Shown: in pieces, positions 49,593 to 61,300 of the stretch
Layout of the letters: each line of letters starts with the position of its first letter
Position numbering within the stretch: position 1 is the first letter of the stretch
Assembly: GCA_965235115.1 (NCBI GenBank)
Contig: OZ249436.1
Span: forward strand, 54,004,001-54,068,000
DNA: 64,000 nt
Direction of reading: 5' to 3'
Source: Laetmonice hystrix
Lineage: Eukaryota
The notes under the pieces: generated by a model
The model's input: the letters and a program-made list of their open reading frames with translations, nothing else
Database searches by the model: none
Told to the model about the DNA's origin: nothing
Program-made: the position numbers and the translations under genes

Positions 49593-49806
49593 CAGTGTGG
49601 GATCCAATATTTTGATAAGGGGGAGCACATGGATTTTGATAAGGTTAGGGGGGGGGGGCACATGGATTTTGATAAGGTTAGGGGGGCACATGGATTTTGA
49701 TAAGGTTAGGGGGGCACATAGATTTTGATAAGGGGGACCCACCTGCATTTTTTGGTGGATAAAAAAGAAGGAAATCTAGAGATCTAGAGCCCCCGATCCC
49801 CCACTG
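49593..49806. mobile_element. MITE related to 17918-18260, with an internal tandem repeat
   Basis: CAGTGTGGGATC...GATCCCCCACTG; CATTA flanks both sides; ~4 copies of GGGGGCACATGGATTTTGATAAGG(TTA). Confidence 0.72.
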
Positions 49807-50133
49807 CATTACCATGCATGCATGGACATAGCCGAGGCCTATTATTTGGATAGTAGGCCACCTGATGAACTGTTTCCACTCAGTGAACCAGTGAGATTCA
49901 GATCGGCGTCTTTCGGAAAATAGGCCTATTTCCAAGTAGCCTACTAGTAAAGCGTCCGCAGGTCCAATTCGCTTTTCCCTCGCACTTTTGGCCCAATTTA
50001 AATCCCCCCTATAGATCTAGGCCCTGCAAACCCTTTTGATGAAACATGGGGGGTGGGGGGGGGGGGTTAACGTTTGTGTGGAATAAATCACTTCATCATC
50101 AGAAATCGGCTTATTTATATTTATTATAATTTG

Positions 50134-53100
50134 CTACACCTTTACATTGTACTTCCATAGATGCAGTTGATGGTCATAAAATGAGCATGATGCTATGAGA
50201 CCTGATCTGCCCCTGAAGGTTGAAGAGTCTGCGCTGTGTTCGGGCCTTGAAGAGCCGCACCCTGTCAGTTGGCACCAGTCAGCCCCGTACGCCAGCGACC
50301 CATGGGCCATATACGAGGAAACAACGTTCTGGGAACCGTCCTCTGAAATAAGATGATAATAGCTATAGGCCTACAAGGTATAATCAGAAGGTTATCTGAA
50401 ATTGTGAAAACTGAATTGTAGTGGGCCCTATACTGTTTTGGACCCTCTGATACCCAATAGGCAGTTTACAGCGGTAGTTCTAAAGATTTTCACCATTTAT
50501 TACTGATAGGCCAGCCCATCGCTTGGGTGGGTGGAAAATACGGGGGTTCGGGCTCAAAGAACTAGGCTAGTATGCAACAAATCAAAACCAGAAACCCCGG
50601 CCACCTTCCCGGTGCAAGCTCTATGTTACAGGAAGAAAAACATTACTCCGGACCTGAGAACTACAGGCCTCAAGAATAAACACGTCACTATCATCTGAGA
50701 AATACAGTCATAAACTCCCCAAGACTTGAGTATTTTTTTACCTGGTATTTCGCAACAATCGAGGACATGGAAGCCGTTGTGCATACAAGCGGCCAGTAAC
50801 AGGTGGCCGTCTACAGGGTGCCACTTTAGTCGCCAGATGCCGCCACCAGTCGAGGTGTCACTCATTGGCCGACGCATGCTCCGAGTGTCCCAAATGAGCA
50901 CGTGCTCATCATAACTGGAATAAGACCAATACTTGTAAACCAGGCTCAAAGGCGGTGAACTGAAATGGTGGAGGCATCCAGCTTCAGAATTACGAAGATT
51001 CAGTTCAGTAGGCCCCCATTAGTCTAGGCTCCAGATCCTGTAGGTGCACAATGATGAGGGAACCACCCATCCACCTACCCACCAACCAAACTTACCCCAG
51101 TAGGCCCAAACATTGAACTTTCATTATACAAACACCAATAATTTTAAGTGTTCAGGAAATCCCGGCCGCTACACCCCCCTTATGGATCCGCCGGTGTGTT
51201 TTAGGAGACTTTTACAGCGAGATAAGCCTAACCTAATTAATAAAGAGCAGAGAAAACTCATCGTCACAAGCTCAAACTTTCGGTTCCCTCCACAGACAGA
51301 CGGAAGACTTGCGCGCCCCCCCCCCACCCCCCACCCCCGGCCGCTGGCACATGTCACTCACCTTCCTGTGGCAATGATGAATTCTCTGTGCGGATTACAT
51401 TGGATACTGCATACACCCATGCTATGTCTGAAATATCATGATGGTAGTCTCACGTTATAGGGCCTAACAATCAGTCCACATATTTCAATAATACTTAATT
51501 AAAAACTATAGATCTAGGCTATATCATCAAGCCAAGCACTTTTACTTGGGACTAATGCCTATAGGCCTATAATTTTAGATAAAAGCAAAGTATATTTTCC
51601 TACAGCCTATAACTTGTGTCTGGATACCGAGAGAATTATGGTAACCGACTAACCTTTTACTGGTGACCATTGACTGAGTCATAGATGCACGTTTGTCCCA
51701 GGTTTTGAACTTGCAGTCATCCCCACCTAAGTTGAAACATGCGAAGCCAATATAGTTTTAATTATGAGGAGCTATAATAAGACTCCATTGTTGTTTATTT
51801 TGATCTGTCTTGACATGTGCTGTTGTCTCACAGACAATGGAACCAAGGGCCCGCCACCCTCCATCCCCGCCAACGAAACTTTCCATAGGATATGAGGGGT
51901 CGCGGGGGGGGCTTTAATAATGAACGTCGATCCACTCACTAGTACTAGGCCCAGTCGTATAAAAGTCCCACTCTCTGATATAATTTAAACTTTTGTAAAT
52001 TATTATTTGAAACTTGCCCCCATACCTGAATATATTGTATTTGTATCCCAGTAATTAAATGCCGCTATCCAAGCCTCAAAATCATGAGCCTGCCACTGCT
52101 CGCTGACCGTCTGGCGCGCCCCCTGGTCGAATGACACAAGACTTAGTTGACCTTTGGAGTCGCTGACGATGACGTCAGGAAATGTGCTGTCATACGGAAA
52201 AAAGGATACAAGTTTGCAAAAACAAAAAGAAAAAAAGCAGGAAACATCTTCATGTTGCCGTACCCCTCGATAATATTCACATCGTAAATTATTGTTATAG
52301 ACAAGATATAAAATAGCCCCCTAAAAACAAACAAATAAAGCATAAACATCCTAAAAAGTGCTGTCGTTTTACTATGCGCTTGCAATCTCCAACTGCGAGC
52401 GGTTCAAAGCTTGTGGTTTACTTACCTTTGGTCCCGGACATTCGACCAATCCAGAGAAAGGGCCAACCGATCATCACCGATTGAAACTTGAGTTGTCTGG
52501 GCTGTCTCAAGAGAATCATCTTTGGACTTGTCAACTTTCCACAGATTTAAGTATCCCTTAGCGTCAACCACCGCCGCCGTGGGGTTGTGGTTGAGAAGAG
52601 TGGGACACCACTTGATGTCTAGGATTGCTGGCACCTCACGACGACTGCATTCAGAGAGAAGTTGGGGACCGTCGCCATGTGTGTGCAGTTTGTATGTGAT
52701 CAGACGGCCGAGTCTTAGCTGTGGCTGGCAATTACTATCATCCTCCCTCACGTCATCCTAAGTTAGAACACAATACATTGTATATCAGTCCACTTGGCCT
52801 CTATGTAGTGGTGGTGTTGGTGGTGTCGAGGCGCTTAGAAGTCATAGGCACTTCACACATAACCAAATCTTAAAGTATGCCTACATGTATAATTTTCCTT
52901 ATTGTAAAATGGATGGGTGGGAGTAAGGTATAAAGCCACCCTCCTCAGACAGCAGCCCCAATTTTATCGACCCAACCCTTGGCTAGTTACCGACAATGCA
53001 GCGACTTGTAATGAAATCCTTAACAGCCAGCTCTTGTCGACATGAAGTCCCGTATCTTCATTACCGACGTTTTGCAACGTTACATTCACAACGTAACCTT

Positions 53101-53321
53101 CATTGTACATGTATTGCCCTTCTATATTAATAAATCGTGTAAAGAAAACTTACTGCTGACTTGGTGTCTTCTGACTGAGCTGCGAGCTGGTATGTTCCAC
53201 AAAGCAACACATCTTCACAACCCTCTATCGGACACCATTCGGTAGAATCCGCGCTATATTCAACATCGAGGACTTGTAAAGTGTGCGCGTTTGTCGACGG
53301 GTTCTCCAAGTTGTCGGCCAT
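50134..53321 (-). CDS. DPH7: Diphthine methyltransferase DPH7/WDR85 (WD40), ~393 aa
   Basis: Exons 53321-53154, 52757-52426, 52186-52026, 51726-51654, 51427-51362, 50914-50742, 50342-50134 (TAG). Motifs [102 protein letters not shown]. Confidence 0.95.
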
Positions 53322-55383
53322 GGCTGGGCAAAGAAGCAAATCTAATTTAAAGAGACAGTTTGCTTCAAAAATAAATTAGTACAGCAAGTTCATTTAAGAT
53401 TAGAAATCCTGTTACAAGTAATTCGAGTCCGAACCGGCCCGTGCTTGAGGTTATATCAATGGGTCCATGGAAGTGGAGAATAAAAACGTATAGATACTTA
53501 TAGGTACCGTTGGGAAATTAATGTTGTATCGGTATGAAAATACGTCTCTTAGTTTAAAACGAAGCGCGACTCATCAACTCGAAAGATGACAACTTGAGTT
53601 GACTCTACACACCAAACTAAACGTCAAACAGTAGACATATATCTGAGCCAATAAAGCGGTTCACATTTGTTCACATAAGATTTTATTCACAATAGGTCCA
53701 TTGATGTCTGACAGGAGATACATGAACTGACAGTCACCTAACATCAATAGCAATATTTTTTTTATTTCACATGCTGCAAGTATATGTGTACTTGTCCTCA
53801 CTATCTTACAGAAATATCAGTAATACGCTCACAATATTACAGAAATATCAGTACATTTTAATACACTGGAGTTAAATACATTGTATGAAACTTGTTCGTT
53901 TACAGATTTTGTACCATAACTACCATGTACTTGATATAGTTTAACTGTAAAAAGCCGGATGGAATCCATATTAAAATATATTTCTTTGGACGCCTTCCTC
54001 GAATTTCAATGTCATGATAGGGACTATGAACTGTGTCCATTTGACCTTTACAAGGTGAAAACTACACTGCATGGATTCATGAAAAACCCATTATTTTAAA
54101 CATTACTGGGTTTTTAATGGTTTAAAACAAGTTGATAATGAATAACATGAAAATACTCCTTATTAAATTATTTGTGATGTCCTCAGCAAAAGCCAGGGTA
54201 CCACAAGCCATAAGCTGGAAAATTGTTTTTTGCTGGGTTTGGTGCTGGCTTTGTTCATTTGCTGGGTTTGATGCTGGCTCCACTTTGTAAAATTGAAATG
54301 GACTTGATAAAAGGAGTCTTTTTATTCAACCGTAGTAATAGATTATTCACGGTTACAATATACTCATACTTTTATGATACTTTTATGACAATCGAAATTG
54401 TGGGCTGCTAGCTGCCTCCTCTCCACCTGATTTTCTTAGTTATAATTGCACAACGTCGACTGAGCACACCTGTAGTACTGCGTATTCTTGGGCGACGAAA
54501 CTTCAAAGTATACAAACATAATACATGTAAATGTATGCTTCTGTACATATAATGTGACAATATGACCTGAATTTACAAAGACATCAAAGTCTGCTTCTAT
54601 TAGGCCTGAGATGCAACTTCAGAAGCATAAACTATTGTTCAAACAAAAACAAAACGCTGTGAGGTTCTTTATTACAGATTTTCGAGACAATAAAGAATTA
54701 TTAAACAATCCGTCGATGGTCTCAAGACTGACATTTGGAATGACATCTATTCATTAATTTTGCTTCTATCATAGGAAGGATAATTTTGTTTTGGCAAATA
54801 TGTCATGCAGACCCATGAAATACCGACTAGCAGATCTACAAAAAAGTATCTTTTATAGTACTCTCTCTAAATCTGCAGCAGAGACTGACTAAAGCTATCA
54901 ATAAAACCTTGCCCACATACACTGAGCTATGTTCAGCGGTCATTTATTGAGCTCAACCCAGTTTTGTTCAGCGGGTATTTATCGAGCTCTACCGTTTGTT
55001 TAGCGGTCATTTGTTAAGCTCTCATCATCTATGTTCAGCAGTCCTCTATTGAGTTCTCACGTTTACCTAACACTTGAAACTGCAGAGATAGTTCACATAC
55101 ATTTTAAGTCTATATATAGATAGTGATTAATTACACCAACGTCTTCTGATTTAATCCTTTCATATTATATTCATTATTATAAACCAGTGTGTTTTACAAA
55201 CAGTAATACCATGCCTGTCTATAAAAGAAACCTCTTCATTTTTTCCTGCCCAATGCAATTAGCCAGAAAATACTGAAGTCCTCAGTACAGGTGTGATCAC
55301 AGGTATTACAACTGTTCATCCCATGAGGGCCTTCACTGTGACAAGTCTTTAGTTTGAGCATTTAGGCAATGCATGCAAACAGT

Positions 55384-55843
55384 CTACGTCCGTGCACTGC
55401 GTTCACACTCCATGAGGCATTCTCGGACCAATATCCGTGCGTGTACAATGCCTCGTTTGAGGCGTTCAGCAGAGGTCTTACTCCCTGAATAAGTCGGACG
55501 AATATCCTTGCCCATGTCCTCAATGACTGCCAACAACTGGGCATATTTGCTCTGCGGTAACTGGTGATGTGGCTTGTGGGCATTCAGCTGAAGCTGGGCT
55601 ACAGACACGGCTGGTGTGACTACTGGTGGAGCACCTGTTGGCTGGACCATGGAGGAGAGAGATGCCGAGGAGGAGGAGGCTGAGGGTGGTGGTGTCTGAC
55701 GGACTTCTGATTCCATCATTGATCTAGGAGTCCCAGGGTTACTCGTCATGGGGATTGGAGTGGCTGATCCTGAAGCTGAACCACTGGTACTGTTGCTCAT
55801 GTTGCTCGCCTCCATCACAATGTCATCCTGATCTCCTTGGTTA
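55384..55843 (-). CDS. CDK2AP1: CDK2-associated protein (CDK2AP1/DOC-1 family), main coding exon; start codon uncertain (55815 here, or 56170 in a putative upstream exon)
   Basis: C-terminal [55 protein letters not shown] is the CDK2AP signature. TTTTCAG acceptor at 55844. Putative upstream exons 58014-~58060 and 56238-56031. Confidence 0.92.
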
Positions 55844-56558
55844 CTGAAAATACACAGATACACAGATTATTGACAGATAACACAAACGTCTTCTGGAGTT
55901 TTGAAGACTTTATTTCTAAAAATTAGTAAACTAATAATTGGGAACATTAGCCAATATGGGTTTATATCCTGCCCCATGACCATACAGCATATAATTAACT
56001 TCACATCTTACCAGCAAACCTTATTCTTACCCACCAGTGGAGGTAGGACAATGAGACGGATGGCTATTTATAATGGTGCAAGTGTTTATGATGGTGGAAG
56101 CTTTGGTGGCACTCCATGTGTAAACTTTGCAAGGTTCTAATCTGTTGAGTTCAGCACAATGCTTCAACATTGATTGAGTAGGCCAATCTGCTGGGCAATG
56201 CTGGTGAATTTATCAATGTTCAACATGTATCTCAATGTCTGAAATCCAATGGATGTGTCCTGGTGATAAAAGTTCACGCTGTGATTCTAGTCAGAATGAA
56301 TGTATGATAAATTATTGTTGTAGAGTTCATGATTTCAAAGTTGAAAGTAGCATGATTAGAGAACAAATCGTTATTATAAGGTAATGGTGGATTTATTACA
56401 TGTGGCATTCAGAATTAAAGAACAAACTCGATGTTTCACGGTTTGAGCTCTATTTATTGATGGTCGAATAGCCAAGCATGGATGGGATGGCTGCTCTAAA
56501 TGACTAAATGTAGTATGCTTCATTATTCTGGGACGGCCATGTACTCTCTTGTGTACTG

Positions 56559-57552
56559 GAGGCCGTTTCACTAACAGCGATGGACCGTCCGACCAGCTAC
56601 GGACAGTTAGTCGCTTGGTTGTAGAGCCAGGTATTTTTGGTCCGTTGCAGGGTCACAAGCGCTCGCGGCTGGGTTTTCGACGTGTCAAAAATTCAGAGGC
56701 GACTTGGTGGGACCAAAATTATCACAGTCCATTGCACGACCGTTGCACGACCATTGCAGCTGGTCGTGCGATCGATCGCACGAACGTGTGAGACTGAAAG
56801 CTCGCACATGATCGGCCGGTTGTGCAGCAGTCCAGTGTTAGCGACAACTGGCGATCAGTCGTGTGTCCTGGAAAATGTGTCCTGCGACCATGAGACGTGC
56901 AACGTTGTGCGACCATTGCGCGAGTGTATGCATGCATTGAAAGGAAAAGTAGTCGTCGTTATGGCGGCCTGAGCGATCGCATGCTCGTGCAACAGGTCTC
57001 CCCTAAACGTGCGAGTGATCACATGCTCGCACGGAATACCAGTTACTGTGAGCGGCAGCAACTGTGAGCGGCAGTTGTTGTGAGCGGCAGTCAAGGCTCG
57101 AGGCGCCCGGCAAGGGACACGCTGCGTTACGGGGTGGCTCATCACACGTCTGCTCCTCGCCGGTTCGCTAGTACAGAGGCGCCCGGCAAGGGTATTTGAG
57201 TGGAGGGAGGGGCAGTGTTTATTTTATATTTTTACTTTGACTACACTGTTACGTATAGAGGCCTATGTCTGCATTTCCACAATTATATCTACGGGCACTG
57301 ATTACGTACTAAAAGCTCTAGATCATATGTACTGATTTCCATGAAACCATCAAAATCAAGCCGCTCACAGTAACTGACGCTCACAGTGGCTGCCGCTCAC
57401 AGTGACCAGTCGTACGAGTATGCGATCGGTCGCACTGGTTGCACGAGTGAAGTCAGCTTGCTCGCAATGGATCATGCAACACTCGCATGTTGCATGACCG
57501 GTTTGGCCATTTCAGTCACAATTGATCGTGCACCAATTGTGAAAGGGGCTTT
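56559..57552. mobile_element. Degenerate non-autonomous DNA transposon (PIF/Harbinger-like MITE) in the CDK2AP1 first intron
   Basis: Imperfect TIR AGGCCGTTTCAC / GTGAAAGGGGCT; CpG-rich interior full of CGACC, GGTCG and GTGCGA motifs. The superfamily is a guess. Confidence 0.5.
57044..57404. mobile_element. Nested MITE with TACTGTGAGCGGCAG termini and 6-bp TSD (IS3EU-like)
   Basis: Three tandem TGTGAGCG motifs at each end in inverted orientation; ACCAGT at 57038-57043 and 57405-57410. Confidence 0.8.
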
Positions 57553-58037
57553 ACCTTTAGTGATAGCTCCCAGCCGGGAAGGTTCCTGAGCGGAATGTAG
57601 GCCTACACTACAACTAGGGCGGAAGCTACAGTACGGCAAACGCAATTGCCTACCCGCCTTGCACCCAACCCCACCTCCCCACTCCAGACCTAAGGCTAAG
57701 TGGTGCTCGACCGGCCACCCCCTCTTCCCGTCGGTCAACACGGCCGACTCCCCGGCCGAGTCAACGTGGCGCAGAACGCGTGTGGCACTCCTCGGGTGGC
57801 GCACCCTGGCAATCGGCGGGGGCACCGATATCACACTAGACACTAGTGTTCTCTATTATCGCTCAACCATAACATCAAATATTTCCTATTTCAACCGCGA
57901 CCCATCCCCAGAATACCTTTAAGTAATGCAAGTATGTCTTGAGGAGTAAGGCATTTAGTAAATTCTTTACTAATACCCTTTCTTAAATATATCGTAGCTG
58001 CGCAAAATATTACCTCATCCCTGTCCTCTTTGTTCAT

Positions 58038-58315
58038 GCACGGCTTCAACCGGAAGTATTATCATCTCCCACACGGGGAGCATACCTTAACTTTCCATCC
58101 CCTTGACAGTGTGAAAGTTTGGCCTCAAGGCAATCTCAAAAGCATGTCATATATATACCGAAAATCTATATACTGAAAAAAGCGTTTGTTTCAAATTTGG
58201 TATTTCGTTAAAATTCATTTAAAAAGGAGGAGTTATAGAGAACATGTTTCTTCACTGTATGAGTTTTCTTTAATTGCGCAATATATAAGAAATGGTCCTA
58301 GGCTACCTAACAAAC
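58038..58315. promoter_or_regulatory. Probable bidirectional promoter between CDK2AP1 and GET4
   Basis: Head-to-head ATGs ~280 bp apart; ETS-type CCGGAAGT at 58050-58057; YY1-like AAACATGGCG at the GET4 start. Confidence 0.55.
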
Positions 58316-61300
58316 ATGGCGTCCGGCGGCCGAGGCGGTGTGCAAAGGGTTTTGGGGAAACTAAATGCGAGCATAGAGGCAGGGAATTATTATGAGGCCC
58401 ATCAGATGTATAGGACATTGTACTTTAGGTAAGTGGGATCAGAATCTATTTCCCGGAATCATAATTAATGTTAGTAGGGCTAATATATGTTAGGGTAAAC
58501 TGACATGACAGGGGACGGGTCCGGATGGTGTCGTGTCGATGTCGTGTAGCCTGTGCTGTAGCCAGTGTAGCCCTAACTGTGTAAGTGTGGGTTTCGTTGT
58601 GTGCATGTATTTTGGCGTGTTGAGTTGAGTCGACACGTATCAAGGTATGACGTGTATGACTTGCGGTCTCAGCCAGCTTCTGATCAAATGTGATAATAGT
58701 GTGATACTGATCAGTGATAGTGATATACTGATAGTGATACTGATAACATAGAAAGCCCCCCCCCCCCCAAAAAAAAAAGGTCCCAGGACGTCTCGAGCGT
58801 GGACCAGTTCGAGCGCCGCTCCATTGCCAGTTCAAGCGCGAACCAGTTGAGCGGGGTTCTGCCAGTGGTGCCGGCCACGCGCTACAGCCGCTCGTCCATT
58901 GGTTATTACGGGCGGCCGATTTTGAGTGGCGGCCGATTTCGATCGAGACTGTTGAGCGCGGCCAGTTGTCAGAAGTTGAGCGTGCGTAGGGAGGACCCTG
59001 TCAGTGTCGCAAATAATGAATAATAGCCTCGTATCATCATACGAAAGATAGGGATACAATACTTGGCAACTTCTGAGAACCAAAGTTGTGAAATACAGGA
59101 CAAGTTGTGAAATAGTTGGTCTCGAAGTAGTCAGCGCTCCAGCTGGTCCATGCTCGAAATGTCCAGACACCAAAAAAAAGGGGCACCCCCACCAAAACAT
59201 TAATGGATCCGTCTGTGCATTCTCAAGGACTACCAATGATTACAATGCAGACCACCTAAACAGCAAAAGCTTTCTTCTTTGGCAATACTCAGTCAAGTTC
59301 ATTGCTTAATTAACCAGATCTGTACTATCTATTGCAGGTACAATGCCCAGAAGAAATATGCAGAAGCAATAGATTTACTATACAATGGGTCCATGACATT
59401 ATTAAAGAATAATCAGGTACAACAAAAATATGTAGCAGAGATAACTAATGAAATATCAAATTAATAAATTTATTATTTGTAATTTATGTAAAACTGATAC
59501 CACATTTGCCTGAAAATAATTATAAATATTGCTTATTCATCTTTAAGTTCCTTAGTGTCAAATGTATGAATTTTTTAATGGAAAGAGTGTGTTGTACTTT
59601 TTCAGCATTGTAGTGGATCTGATTTGGCACTTCTCCTGATTGAAGCATTACAGAATTCTGAAATGGAAGTGACCTGTGACAAAATCAGTAAGTGTTTGCA
59701 GGATTGAATTGTTACCATAGCAGAAGTTGGAAGGTAGTTTAGATGCTGTACTTACAAGGGTACCTGCCAGATTTGAGATATGTGTATGCACTCCTCCCAC
59801 AATTTTACTCTACTCTACCCTGGTAGGGCTGGAAACTTTGAAAGAAATGTTTATTTTATTTATTTTTGTTTTGATGTACGCACTTATGTATTGTGCGTAT
59901 AGGCTGCAGGCACCCTTGCAGTTATGCAGTAGGTGGGTATTTGTATTCACTAAATTGTTGTACTTCCCCTGGCATATAAAGGGCGTTGACTTATGAATAC
60001 TGTCTACTCTTACAGGTAAGCTGGGTAAATTGCATGAGATGTTAGAGGCAGACTCGCCAGACCGACCAAACTATGTCGCAGCAGCTTTGAAGTGGTCAGC
60101 CACAGGAGATGAAAGCAACCAGTCAGGCCATCCAGATTTACACAGAAGTTTTGCTAAAACCCTGTGGAATGGTAAAATAATATTATCCTCCCTTGTTTAA
60201 AACGTTAAAATTAGATATGGTTGTCTAATTATCTCTATTTTTGCTAGTGGAAAATGTCTAGAGGCTAAGTGGTGATTAAAACTTGAACAGAATCCCAAGG
60301 AAAAAAGCAAAGGCTCATGGGCTAATGTACACTCTAACCATGAATAACTTTAAATCATAAGAAATTTTAAAATAGCCAACTTTGTTCATGTGTTGGGAAA
60401 AAAATAGATCCACATAGTTTTGAAAGATTGTAAAAGATCTTGATGTAAATTTCCATTGCTTTTTTAAATGTATTGGTATAGTTTTGTAATTTTCTCTTGC
60501 TGTAAGGAGCATAATTCTATGTATGATCATATGTAGTATTTTTAAGCACATCTCTAAATGTGCACATGACTTTTTCCTGCTGGAAATGTTCTCTCATTGA
60601 CACAGCAAAAGAAAAAATAACTTTAGTTATCTTGACGTTCAGCAACTGTATGTTTACTCTGATTCTGTTAGACATTAGGAATAAATGTACCGGGTATGTT
60701 TTTATTTGAAGAAAAAAACTACATTCAAGCAAGGTACCACTTCTTGCATTCTGTGGATGGTGAAGGATGTGCGGCAATGCTCATAGAATACCACATCACG
60801 TCAGGGTTTCCATCGGAGGCAGATCTTTTCATAGCTCAGGCGGTCCTGCAGTAAGTGATTTTAAAATGTCATGGCCACATTCCCAATTGGTTTTTTAAAA
60901 ATAAAACCCAAAGGCCTGGTTGAAGTTGCAAAGCCAAAGGAAAATAAGAGAATGGAGCTCATAATTTGTTGTGGGCTTCCTTTGTAGTTACTTCAAATGA
61001 ATTATTACCTTCCCATCTTTATTACCTTCCTATCCAACTGCATGCTGGAGACCTACTTCGTAGATAAACAGTGCTGCCGACTGCTTTAATTAAAGGCTGG
61101 CTGTGTCACGATATGTCTATGTGGAGGGGCACATTAAAGATAAGGCATCAACTGAAAAGGGGTTCGCCCCGGTGTGCGGGTTTCTTCCTATTTCGTTATC
61201 ACCCAATGGATTTCATGGACTGAGTTACTTTAAACTTCTCACCCTGATATAGCTGAAATACTGCTGACTGAGCATTGAACACCAACTACCCATTCACTGT

